Part shown: piece after piece, positions 14,341-29,421 of the stretch
How positions within the stretch are numbered: position 1 is the first letter of the stretch
Layout: each line of letters begins with the position of its first letter
Assembly (NCBI GenBank): GCA_964016885.1
Contig: OZ024757.1
Location: 28,148,001 to 28,212,000 of the forward strand
DNA: 64,000 nucleotides
Direction of reading: 5' to 3'
DNA from: Eledone cirrhosa
Lineage: Eukaryota
Translations under genes and position numbers: made by a program
Notes under the pieces: model-generated
The model's database searches: none
Seen by the model: only the letters and a program-made list of their open reading frames with translations
What the model was told of the DNA's origin: nothing

Positions 14341-14605
14341 AGGGTGTGGTTTTCTACCAGATCTGGGCCCTCCCACACCCTAGGTCCGTCCCTCACACTA
14401 ACATTACAATAACAAAACCAAAAAGGAAAATAAATATAATGGAAACAACAAGAGAAAAAAAAAATAGCTAGAAACAAGCAACACAAAAAACAACAAAACA
14501 GTTTAGTAAGAAAACAAAACAAAGATGAATATACATTTTATTTGATATATTATATATATATAAATATATATATTTATATATATGTGTGTGTGAGTGTATT
14601 ATATA

Positions 14606-14651
<46 letters not shown>

Positions 14652-14937
14652 GTATGTATATATGTATGTATATCTGTATGTATATTGCCCCAAGCATTCC
14701 GTGCGGTCCTGTTGAGATGAAACGAAGCAGGAGGAAGGTCGGTGCAATGAAACGCTTCTCTCCCAAGAGGTTACGTCTTCAGTGACCCAACGGTAATAAG
14801 ATGTTTAAAAGATCTCATTGAAATATCTTCCTAGATTGTCACTCAGCATGCTATTTCGTCTGGTGAATGTCATTTGAAAGAATTTCACCCACAACTTGAT
14901 ATGTATATGTGTGTGTGTATGTGAGTGCGAATGTATT

Positions 14938-15076
<139 letters not shown>

Positions 15077-15391
15077 TATATGCATATATATTCACATACA
15101 CAGCTCTTACAATATATATAGAGAGAGGGGAAGAGAGACATACAAGTACGACTATATATACATATATATTCGCGCGCACACATCTGTAAGTGTAGGTATA
15201 TTGTACCAATCTTACCTACAGTTAAAAATATATACGTATTTCTGTTGAAATGTGAATGAATATAGTTTTACGTTGAAATTATACACACTGGCATATATAT
15301 ATATATATATATAATAGAACACTGTTCTTGGTACGGTGAACTAACTGTTGCGGAACTACTTCTATATATATATTTATATTTATATATATAA

Positions 15392-15446
<55 letters not shown>

Positions 15447-15503
15447 GATAGAGCCATTTAAAATCCAGGTAGACCATTACACTCAACAGAGTATTCGATA
15501 CTT

Positions 15504-15684
15504 GGGGTTGTAGTGTATGGCTATAATATTTAAAAAAAGTCGGGACCCGACGGCTGAGCTCTTGTCTCGTTTTCAACAGCTAGTTCGTGATTGGAAGTTG
15601 CTGTTTAAACGCCGTCGGGTCCCGGCTCTTTATAATATATACATATGTGTGTGAACCTAATATAACTGTGTGATTTTGTCCCCT

Positions 15685-15740
<56 letters not shown>

Positions 15741-16219
15741 GAAAACAAGTTATCGTTATAGGTAATCCCGTTAGAGATTGTGAGTACTCTGCGTCGTGGA
15801 TAGTTTTAACGTACGGCTTTGTTTGACTCATCAAGATGCTTCCATAGTTATGCCGAGGTAAATGAGAGGTAAATAATGTATTGGAGAAAGAGTGACGCAA
15901 CTTCAAGCGATTAGCGAACTCTAGACTCACCTGATCAACGAAACAATTGTCAGTACTTTAAATAAAGCCCCTTATTGTACAGCCAACCATGTTACTCTGC
16001 ATTCTTTAACAATTGTTTCGTTGATCAGGTGAGTCTAGAGTTCGCTAATCGCTTGAAGTTGCGTCACTCTTTCTCCAATACATTATTTACCTCTCATTAC
16101 CTCTGCATAACTATGGAAGCATCTTGATGAGTCAAACAAAGCCGTACGTTAAAACTATCCACGACGCAGAGTACTCACAATCTCTAACGGGATTACCTAT
16201 AACGATAACTTGTTATCCC

Positions 16220-16296
<77 letters not shown>

Positions 16297-16472
16297 CAGG
16301 AGACAAAATCACACAGTTATATTAGGTTCACACACATATGTATATATTATAAAGAGCCGGGACCCGACGGCGTTTAAACAGCAACTTCCAATCAGGAACT
16401 AGCTGTTGAAACGACAAGAGCTCAGCCGTCGGGTACCGACTTTTTTTAATATTATAGCCATACTCTACAACC

Positions 16473-16474
<2 letters not shown>
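15504..16474. repeat. Long inverted duplication (arms 15504-15950 and 16009-16474, 58-bp spacer)
   Basis: The arms are reverse complements with about 11 small differences outside an internal (AT)n tract present in both. Confidence 0.95.
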
Positions 16475-16516
<42 letters not shown>

Positions 16517-17065
16517 TAAAGTATGTCCATAGAATCATTTGATAAAATATATACACCATTTCCTCTCCCAATTAGCATAATTAACCACATAAAAAATCAA
16601 TTAGACCAGGCTATAAGAATAAAGGCTCCTATGAAGAAATATTTGATAAATAAACGACAGCAGCCTCTTCGCGGCTGACCGCAATAGAATATTAACCCAA
16701 CATTTCAACAGCATGTAGAAATCGACTAAATATATTGTCAACCATACACAATTAGGTATAAATTTAAAGTTAGAAGAAATGCGTACGCTCTTACCATGAT
16801 TATGTCCCTACCCTGGGGTTTCGTTCGCGTTTTGGGATATCCTATTAAGGATAAAATCTCGAGTTTCGAATTCATCAGGAGACAAACTCATAGGACAGGT
16901 AATTTTCCAAAGCGATCCCCGCCAGAAATAGATTCAAAAATGGCTAAGAATCGTGACGTGGCAGTGGTCAAGTTAGAAAGAATGTGATTAGTTGCTTACG
17001 GCGAGTGGGCTGGTTGCTAGAAAGCGCAGCCCAATATTGCTCAAATAGCCGTATATATATATATA

Positions 17066-17396
17066 TATTTATTAAAATAACAGATTAAAGTTTAAGCAAA
17101 GAATCGCTGCTTTCACCCTTAACGGGATCTTGTTTCCACGAACCAAAGTATCATCTTCCTGTCTTCCTCCGGTTGCAACGTTTTTTGAAATATTCACTTC
17201 TGCGTTCACAGATTGACTTTGTTAGTTTCAGAAGATCCCGTTAAGGGTGAAAGCAGCGATTCTTTGCTTAAACTTTAATCTGTTATTTTAATAAATATTT
17301 GCTCTACGGTTCTTATATATTTGATATATATTTATCCTTATCGAGCTCTCTTTAGATTTTAGTCTTCAAATTTATTATTATTACTATTATTATTAC

Positions 17397-17398
<2 letters not shown>
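17066..17398 (+). mobile_element. Short Penelope-like non-autonomous element with a 5' inverted segment and a hammerhead-like motif
   Basis: 17066-17131 is the reverse complement of 17232-17296. The element is flanked by (TA)n. Its body is shared with 23560-23720. Confidence 0.6.
17224..17274 (+). ncRNA. Type I hammerhead-ribozyme-like fold with variant core (CAGAAGA)
   Basis: AGTTT-CAGAAGA-TCCC-GTTAA-GGGT-GAA-AGCA-GCGATTCTT-TGCT-T-AAACT: stem I AGTTT/AAACT, stem II CCC/GGG, stem III AGCA/TGCT, NUH triplet CUU. Confidence 0.6.
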
Positions 17399-17459
<61 letters not shown>

Positions 17460-17660
17460 TAGGGATCCATTGAGGATTCGTAATGGTTTTGCTGAGAGTT
17501 GTTTGTGTAACATATACCTAATGAGCCCACTTAGTGCGAAACTCTGAGTACCAACGAAGTGAATTATTGATTAATTCTTTATCAATATAAACTATCAAAA
17601 ATCTATTAAGTGTTCTTTGTATTTTTACATTTGCAAACAAAACCGTGTATACATATGTAA

Positions 17661-17692
<32 letters not shown>

Positions 17693-17699
17693 TTATTTA

Positions 17700-17743
<44 letters not shown>

Positions 17744-17853
17744 TATATATATGTATGTGTATATGTATATATGTATATATAAATATCTATGTATATATAT
17801 ATATATATGTGTGTGTGTATATACATGCATACATTTATATATATGTATGTATG

Positions 17854-17907
<54 letters not shown>

Positions 17908-17989
17908 AATAAATTTATATATATATATATTTATGTGCACATACATGACTTCTTATATCTGTATATATAAATATCTGCATATGTGTGTG

Positions 17990-18050
<61 letters not shown>

Positions 18051-18184
18051 CTCTCTCTTCCTCTCTCTCTCGCTCTCTCACTCTCTGTATGCGTATGCGC
18101 AGGCGTGTAAGTTAAACACCAGTTTTTCTTTCTCTGGTTATTATATTTTGGCTTGTGATTAATATCACTGATCATAACATTAAT

Positions 18185-18291
<107 letters not shown>

Positions 18292-18314
18292 CATTTATAT
18301 ATATATATATATAC

Positions 18315-18569
<255 letters not shown>

Positions 18570-18684
18570 CATAAATATATATACACATACATATATATAT
18601 ATACATATATATATATACACATACATATATATATACATATATATATATATACACATACATATATATATATATATATATACATAT

Positions 18685-18734
<50 letters not shown>

Positions 18735-18760
18735 TTATATATATATATATGTACATATAC

Positions 18761-18791
<31 letters not shown>

Positions 18792-18820
18792 CATTTATAT
18801 ATATATATATGTACATATAC

Positions 18821-18894
<74 letters not shown>

Positions 18895-18964
18895 ATATAT
18901 ATATATATCATACATGTATATATATATACATATATCATACATGTATATATATATCTATCATACA

Positions 18965-19016
<52 letters not shown>

Positions 19017-19981
19017 TTGTAATATTGATAGAGTACAAGAGAATTTGATAGATAGGAAGGTAAATAGAGAGAGAGGGTGTGGAAGGAAGGGAAGAAGGGG
19101 GATGAGAGGTAGATAGATGGTGGTAGAGAGGGGGGGGGAGTGAGAGGTAGAGATGTGTCCATAATTATGGTCAAAAGAACGCTAAGACTAACATAAGAAA
19201 TACATTTTCGTTCGGTAAACTGATCTTCTGCCTTCTATTTGGTTGATTCGGTCACGGCATCGGATGATAAATGATGGAATATGAAGCAGCTCTTTTAAGG
19301 AGGTTTCAAAATGTATGAAATAATTCTTTAGAAACTGAAAATAATAAACTGACCGATAAATAAATAGATAAATAAATAAATAGATAAATAAATAAATATA
19401 TAAATAAATAAAAGGAAAAGAAAAGAAAGAAACAAGCTAATAAATATGTTAGAAAAAATCAAAAGTGTGAGACAATGTAAAACATCATATCGTTATTTCG
19501 TATGTATGTATGTATGTATGTATGTATGTATGTATGTATGTATGTATGTATGTATGTATGTATGTATGTATGTATGTATGTATGTATGTATGTATGTATG
19601 CATATATGTATGACTGTCTCTCTCTCTCTCTCTCTCCTTCTATATATATATATATATATAAATATGTGTGTGTGTGTGTGTGTATTCTTAACTATGGCTC
19701 AGTGAAGAGTCTTGTTGCTCTGAAGTTTCACGTGTGTACTCACAGAGTCTGGTAAATCTGTGAGTACACAGGTGAATCTCATTACTAAACTACGGCTAAG
19801 AATATTAAACTCTATTTCATATATCAATCAATAATTACTTTGTTTCCTTAACTTAGGCTTCTAACTGGGAATGTTGATTATAAATAATCCTGTGCATGTG
19901 CTCAAAATGAATTTGTTAAGCAAATTGTAAACAATGAGATCGAATTTACTGGATAGCGATCTAAACCCTTGTTATATATAT

Positions 19982-20031
19982 AGTTTCAGAAGATCCGTTA
20001 AGGGTGAAAGCAGCGATTCTTTGCTTAAACT
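19982..20031 (+). ncRNA. Second copy of the variant hammerhead-like cassette (one stem II C deleted), between (TA)n tracts
   Basis: Near-identical to 17224-17274. Confidence 0.5.
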
Positions 20032-20042
20032 TTAATCTGTTA

Positions 20043-20085
<43 letters not shown>

Positions 20086-20178
20086 TTGTATGTAAAAGGT
20101 AAACAGAAATAACAACACAATCGGTACAGTATATGGAAGGGATATATTAGGTTAACGCTTGATATAGGAGGAAGAGGG

Positions 20179-20214
20179 TCTTAACGTTTCGGACGCTAGT
20201 CCTTCATCAGAAGA
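20179..20214 (-). ncRNA. Minimal type I hammerhead ribozyme (Penelope-associated type)
   Basis: The minus strand reads TCTT-CTGATGA-A-GGAC-TAGC-GTCC-GAAACGTT-AAGA: canonical CUGAUGA/GAAA core, stem II GGAC/GTCC, palindromic ACGU stem III, stem I TCTT/AAGA. Confidence 0.75.
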
Positions 20215-20402
20215 AAGAATGAGAAATAAGATAGATGGAGGGGACGGGCGAGTTGGAATTGGAAAAAATGTCTTTAAATAAAAATAACAGGTCCATTCAT
20301 GTTGACATCTCTTGCAAATATATATATATATATATATTGTCTACACTTCGTGGTAAATATATATATGCATATATTTATATATATTATGTATATGTATACA
20401 TT

Positions 20403-20959
20403 CCGTATTTGACGGCTTATAAGACGCATGGGCTAATGGAACGCATCTCAATTTGGGCAGGTATTAAAAATATATCAATAAATATGTTTAAACTACGAAT
20501 GTCAGGTGAAAGGTAGAAAGTCTGGAGAACGTATTTTTTTAAATTTTTTTTTATCATTCTACATCGTATTTTTAGTTCTAATATTTTAGTATATTTTTAA
20601 AAGATAAGGAAGTGTGAAAATAAATTTACTTTATTCTCTATGTCGAAGTTTTTTTGTTGAAATATATAATACATTTTTAAAACAAAAGGAAGTAAAAATA
20701 GATTCATTTTATTCATCATAAAATTTATAAAAATTGTATCTTTTTTTATTCATGTAAAAATCCTACAAAATCGTGGAGAAACGTTCGCCACTTTGTTTTT
20801 ATGTTTGCGGAGATGTTTGCGGCTTAATTTAAGGGCCAGTGCAGCATTAGAACACCTCTAGTCAGAAACCCAAACTGAACCTTGACCTTATATGACGCAG
20901 AGTGATTTTCTGGGACATCTTTTGGGATGAGCGTGCGACTTATAAGCCGTCAAATACAG
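20403..20959. mobile_element. Tc1/mariner superfamily (Tc2/pogo-like) MITE
   Basis: ~26-bp TIRs CCGTATTTGACGGCTTATAAGACGCA / TGCGACTTATAAGCCGTCAAATACAG, followed by TA. AT-rich non-coding interior. Confidence 0.8.
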
Positions 20960-20972
20960 TATGTATGTGTAT

Positions 20973-21032
<60 letters not shown>

Positions 21033-21180
21033 ATGTGTGTGTATATATATATATAAATGTATATGTATAGATATTATATATAAAAGTATACACATATGCA
21101 TATATATACATATGTATATATATTATGCATATGTATATATATATCTATATATATTATATATCTGTATGTATATATATGAT

Positions 21181-21258
<78 letters not shown>

Positions 21259-23249
21259 CTTTCTTCCTATCTCAAACGCTATGCCGGCACCTGTATTTGA
21301 CATTTAATCGATGAAACGTGCAGTAATGGTAAAGATCGGGCGTTAAAACGTTGCAGTTGGGTCATGACCAGACGACTGCTGAATTCAGCGTTAGTGGCCG
21401 CCATATTCTTTTGTTCTGATGGAATTTTTTTCCACGATTTCCACCGGTTTTTTTCCACATATTTCAACCAATATTTGTTCAAAGCTTTGCGTTTACTAAA
21501 AGAACAATCAGCTAGATAAATATATAAATGTATAAACAACATGAAAATGAAACGAAACGAAACAAAACGCAGCAAATCTAAAAACCGAAATATGTGTGTT
21601 GTGTTGTTTTGTGTTATATATATATGTGTGTGTGTGTTTGACTTTCTTTTGCCTCACTCAAAGATTAAAACCAAACAGTTATTGTCTACAGCTCTCCAAT
21701 GAAGTTGAGTTTGTTAAAGTGATTTGCTGTGAACGGAACATCTGAGGAAATTTAGCAACTTGAAGAGGAGCTGAAGGGGAGGTGAAGTGGTCGGAAGGTA
21801 GTCATATGATAGTCATATTGGGGTTGGTGGTGTGGTGGTGGGGGTGATGACGTTTATGGTACTGTTAATGGACGTGGTGGTGGTGGATGTGGTGTTAGTG
21901 TTGGTGAGGAACATGCTGGTGGCGATGTTAGTGCTGCTGGTGGTGGAGTTGGTGGTAGTGGTGGTAATGGATATGGTGGTGGTGATAATGGTAGTGGTGA
22001 TGATGGTTATGGTGCTGGTAGTACTGGTGGTAGCGATGGTGGTGATGTTGGTAATGGTGGTGCTGGTGGTGATAGTAGTGATGGTGGTGTCGCTGGTGTG
22101 GGGGTGGGTTTCTGTTGTTTTTTCTATTTTTAATTATTTTTTCTCGTTTCATTGTTTTGTTTGTTTTCTTCTTTACGTAAATAGGACTTTTGTTCCCAAA
22201 CTGTGATAATCTCATCATCATCATTATCCCTAACATCACCACAATGAGTAGAATATGAGGAAGGTAAAACGAGTAACAATAGAATCCAGATGTTGCCTTA
22301 ATAAGATTTTATTATTCCCAATATATTTCGGATAAATTATCCATTCTCAAAGGAACTGTTGGAAACTTCAGAGAGTACCGTTAAGAATCCACATTGCTTG
22401 CAATTAGCGTAGGGAGAATCATTGTAACACATTGTAGAACAAGGCTGACTCTTTGAATAGCAGGTACATTCCATCCATCGAACTTCCATGCAGTTTCCTT
22501 CTACCCACTTTCACCCACCAATCTTTCGTTAACTCAGGGCTATGATAAATGACACTATCCCTAGATGCCACGCTGTGATACCTCATATTATGATTCCGAA
22601 GCAATCTTCTTAACCATTCGTCCATGCATAAATAATTAGACATTAAATTCACGCGGATAGTTTACGTCTTGATGTGGTAGCTAAGTATATGTTATGTTTA
22701 TACCATTATTTATTTGTATAGGTAAGTATATATTCGCTGTATGTTTTGTGAAGGCACGTATACTTTCTCGTACGTATATTTGCTTGTATATGTTATAGCC
22801 GTATATATTATATTATATATACTGGTACATGTGCATATGGTTATGTGTATACGTGAGTTTTGCGTCTGTGTGAGTATGCGGGTTCGTACGTATGTAGGGT
22901 GTGTGTATATGCGTACTTTGTGTTTTGGTTGACGTTGGTCTGGCGAACATATGTGTATTTACATTTAGGTATGTGTGTGCGCGCATTATATACGTATTTA
23001 TGTGTCTATATTTATATATGTTTATATAATTATATGTATACACGCACACACACATATATATATATTTTTATATATATTGTTATGTGTTTTTGGTATATAC
23101 GTTCGTATGTGTGCGGGTACAGGCGTTGCATAGGTTCTGTATGTGCGTGCGTGTCTTTTTGTGTACGTGCTTGTATTTGCATACCCATGGCGGGTGTTTT
23201 CGCGTATGCATGTGTATGTACGTATATGGATGCGTGCATGTATATATTT

Positions 23250-23823
<574 letters not shown>

Positions 23824-23832
23824 TATATATAA

Positions 23833-23884
<52 letters not shown>

Positions 23885-23902
23885 TTATATATATAAATAA
23901 AC

Positions 23903-23933
<31 letters not shown>

Positions 23934-23935
23934 AT

Positions 23936-23970
<35 letters not shown>

Positions 23971-24011
23971 TTATATATATATATTTATTTATATATATAT
24001 TTATATATATG

Positions 24012-24101
<90 letters not shown>

Positions 24102-24112
24102 CACATATATAG

Positions 24113-24232
24113 TGAAGCCGTGTGGCTGAGTGGTTAGAGAATTGGATTCGCAATCGTAAGGTTGTGAGTTCGATTCCTGGACCAGGCAATGCGTTATATC
24201 CTTGGGCAAGACACTTTATTTCACGTTGCTCC
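24113..24232 (+). mobile_element. tRNA-headed SINE family B (5' part)
   Basis: A box tggctgagtgg, B box gagttcgattcc, then ccttgggcaagacactttatttcacgttgctcc. Confidence 0.75.
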
Positions 24233-24423
24233 TTCTACCTGGAGTTGCGACCGATAGATAGTATTAGCAATTGGAAAGACCAACGGAAACATTGTTCCCT
24301 CGGTCCGATTTGACGAAAGTCGATCGTCTTCCTATATATATATATATATATCAATATACATATATATATATAAAACACGCAATAAACTGAGTCCAGGTGC
24401 ATCACTGATTTTTCGTTTTTTTA

Positions 24424-24468
<45 letters not shown>

Positions 24469-24722
24469 GTTATCACATATCGTCTTTAACCCTTGGAATA
24501 TGAAAGTTTTTAAGTAGTAAGACCAAAATTACAAATATGATGGCGCACTGTCTTGAAATGTAAACCTCCTGCTTCTCACCCCACCCTATAGACTGGCTAC
24601 TTTGCATCTACCCGGAGAACTGGAGAAGTCAGTTTTTTTGTTTTTTTTAAAGTCGAGTACACAACTCTTGTCAGCGTTGACTTTACTATAATACTCTGCC
24701 TCTCTATGTCCATGCCCCCGTC

Positions 24723-24787
<65 letters not shown>

Positions 24788-25024
24788 GTATATATATAAT
24801 ATAATATGTACATATAATATATATATATATATAAAATATAATATGTACATATATATAATATATTATATTATATATATATATTATATATATATATATATGT
24901 GTGTGTGGGGGGGGGTATGTATAAGTATATATGTGTGTGTGGGAGGGGTAATAGATATTCAACTTGATATACATACTACTAAGTATAAGCAGCAATTCTT
25001 TTTCATAAATTCGTATATACCCTC

Positions 25025-25085
<61 letters not shown>

Positions 25086-25185
25086 ATCAGTCCAATATAT
25101 GTAAGATATTAGTGCTGACCCTCTACTCAACCTGTGGGGATATAAGTCAGCACGAAAGAATTGACATTTCCAATGTCAGGCTATG

Positions 25186-25216
<31 letters not shown>

Positions 25217-25254
25217 ATAAATATATAGATATAATATTGAGTGCTCTACTTACT

Positions 25255-25309
<55 letters not shown>

Positions 25310-25311
25310 TT

Positions 25312-25367
<56 letters not shown>

Positions 25368-25635
25368 TTGGATATATATATATAATGTATGGTGGGTTAA
25401 TTCTGTAAAAGATACGTAAAAGACAAAAATCTCAAGAAGCCAAACAATAAAAACAACATTGATATTAAAAAAAATACAGAAAAATTAAAATAACCACCAA
25501 GCAGCTTTGTGTGACAGAAAGCAAAACGAAACACGAAATAACTTCCCGTTATCTCTGAGAAAAAACTCTCGTGTTAGTGAGACTTGCCTGCCATCGCGCT
25601 TTTAATATTATTATTGTTGTTATTATTTTCTTACA

Positions 25636-25724
<89 letters not shown>

Positions 25725-25891
25725 TAATATAATATAATATATATATATATATATAATATAATATAATATAATATATATATATAAATATATATATAGAGAT
25801 ATAGATATATTTGTATATATGTATATATATATATATTTATATATATATATTTGTCTCTCGTTCCATCTCCAAATCTCTCTCTCTCTCTATC

Positions 25892-25973
<82 letters not shown>

Positions 25974-26052
25974 AATATATATATATTGATATATATTTTA
26001 ATATATACATATATTGAGATATATATATATATATATTAATATATATATATAT

Positions 26053-26109
<57 letters not shown>

Positions 26110-26120
26110 TATATATATAT

Positions 26121-26167
<47 letters not shown>

Positions 26168-26507
26168 TATACACATATATATATTTCTACACCCCTCTCA
26201 TCATCTCTCAATATCTCTGTTGTGGACTCATATCTCTCTCTAACCCTCTATCTCATTTCTATCTCTATGTATATTTGTTTACCACTAGAATATAATTATA
26301 GATACAGTTATAAAATTATAACAAACGTTCCTCTCCATACTTCCCAATCAAATTTTTTGTCATGGAAAAATGATGACCTTTGGTCAAATCACTTAGTATA
26401 CACACAATCATACACACACACATAGAGAGATAGAGAGATATGTGTGTGTAACCTATATATCATAAATATGCGTATGTACGTAATGCATATGTGTGTGGGT
26501 GTGTGTA

Positions 26508-26615
<108 letters not shown>

Positions 26616-27364
26616 CAAATATAAATATAAATATATATATGATATATATAAGGAATTTTATGAGAAATATATATATACATACACACAGACATATATAAGG
26701 GTTATTTTATCAATCTCTTCTTTGTCCACCCGCTAAGCTACACCACAACACAAACACACACACACATATATATATATAGTGTCAGAGAAACAATGCACAT
26801 AGAAAATCATTTAAATAAGACAAAGAGGCGACTGGATCTCTACCTCTTCAGCCATTTTTACTCATTAATGTAGGATTACACTTGTAATACCAGTTAACAC
26901 ATCAGATTGAAATCGCTGTGTTTATAATATGCATATGAGACAATATTACTACCAAGAATTCACAGAAAAATTACAAGTCTCTTTCGACAGAAACAGAGAG
27001 TACCATGAAAAAAAGTGCTCCAAAACGGGGAGAAATGAGGCAGTATGGAGAGATTTTACATAATGAAAGCTTTTCTCATTTTGACAAGTGAAGACATCTC
27101 TCACTCACCTCAAAATGGGTGGGAAATCTCCCCGCCGAACAGGGAGAGTTGACAGGTTTGTATATGGCAATGAAGAGTTAAAATATTTATATTATATCTA
27201 AACATCTTCCATCATAAGTCTCATGGTGGTCTGTTTGGCAGTGTCGTTGGACACTGCTTTGAGTTCAAATCTAGGCACGGCCCTCATTGACTGGTTTTCT
27301 TCCTTTCGGGAACGATAAATTATCAGCCCAGTGTTAGTACATCTCTCTCTCTCTCTCTCTCTTA

Positions 27365-27424
<60 letters not shown>

Positions 27425-27426
<2 letters not shown>

Positions 27427-27607
27427 AAAAGTTAAACAGAAATAACAACACAATCGGTACAGTATATGGAAGGTATATACTAGGTTAACGCTAGATTAAC
27501 GCTTGAGGAAGAGGGTCTTAACGTTTTGGACGCTAGTCCTTCACCAGAAAAAAGAATGAGAAATAAAATAGATTAAGGGGACGGTCCATTCATGTTGACA
27601 TCTCTTA
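27425..27607 (-). mobile_element. Second copy of the canonical-hammerhead element (paralog of 20092-20311) with a mutated core
   Basis: High similarity to 20092-20311. The core reads CTGGTGA...CAAAAC, i.e. A6 and G12 are substituted. Confidence 0.65.
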
Positions 27608-28003
27608 TATATATATATATATTAATAAAACAGATTAAAGTTTATATGTATTATCCTTATCGAGCCCTCTTCACATTAATATTATTACTACACACACATA
27701 TATATATATGGAAAAAAAATCAGAAGGAGGATGGGCTTCGCAAAGTTTTGATACTTTAGACGGCGTCTCTACGTTTTCCTCAAAAGAAGTTGAGGGCTCT
27801 TTCTTTAGCGAATATATAGAGGCTCGCTCGTTGGTTCGGCAGAGCCAGACTGTCCAGGGGTTTTCTGGATCTACAGAAAAGGGAATGAAAATAAACCATT
27901 CCTTTGTTGTTGGAGAATATAAGGTCGTTCAATTAAATTTTCTCATTGTACGAACGCCACACCTTGTTTCAGTCATTATCATATATATATATTCATTCAT
28001 TCA

Positions 28004-28065
<62 letters not shown>

Positions 28066-28193
28066 GAGTATACCTGTGTATGTGTATGTATGTCCGTCAT
28101 TATCAATACTATAACAGCTACAGTACTCAGAGATCAGAAATTTTATTAGGATGAAACACCTTCTGTGTTCCCTACACTTGATCATTTGGTCAA

Positions 28194-28318
<125 letters not shown>

Positions 28319-28388
28319 GTATTATCCACAAGAAAATAACAATATATGTATAATTTCATCTATAGTAAATATTTATATCTTGAATGTG

Positions 28389-28507
<119 letters not shown>

Positions 28508-28535
28508 ATATATATGTATATATATATGTGTATAT

Positions 28536-28602
<67 letters not shown>

Positions 28603-28717
28603 ACTGTGTTTGTGTGTGTTTTTATTCAATGCAAGTAATAGCCGGTATAAAGACGATAGTCGACGGTCATGATTAAAGATATAATTAGATTCAATTTCAG
28701 TTTGTTATGGCTATATA

Positions 28718-28816
<99 letters not shown>

Positions 28817-29189
28817 CATAGACATATGTATAAATATATTGTTTAGCCGTCGGCAGAGAAGCTCTTTAGCTTTCAAGATGAAAGGGTCAGATATATTCCT
28901 TAGCAAATGATAAATATTTATTCTCTGCCAAAAAGATTGGCACATACTGATTCAACGGTGCCATTTCCAATTAACCGTAAAGACCAGGAATTTTAAAATG
29001 TTTCAGGCGATGGAACTGTGTTGCTCTACCACGACTGGTCGATAAAGAATCGTTCTCTTCTTGTTATTTTCTCTCCCCTCCACGCACACACAGCCTCTCT
29101 CTCCATTCTATATATATATTTGAGTGTGTTATATCTATGTGTGTGTGTGTGTGTAAGTGTTTGTGTGCGTACGCATTAACAGTGACACT

Positions 29190-29228
<39 letters not shown>

Positions 29229-29267
29229 TACATATACCTCCATATATATGTGTATATATATATATAA

Positions 29268-29421
<154 letters not shown>

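Noticed and set aside
15951-16008. Palindrome spacer considered as a retained sequencing hairpin adapter
   Set aside because: It does not resemble the SMRTbell adapter sequence, and the arms carry substitutions. An artefact is not excluded but is not indicated by this spacer.
24113-24190. tRNA-like sequence with A and B boxes
   Set aside because: There is no clean acceptor stem and it runs directly into a SINE core repeated elsewhere, so it is a SINE head and not a tRNA gene.
25111-25177. Stem gtgctgac/gtcagcac followed by GAAA and a tgacatt/aatgtca hairpin
   Set aside because: No CUGANGA-like segment precedes the stem, and it is a single copy in the window, so a ribozyme call is unsupported.
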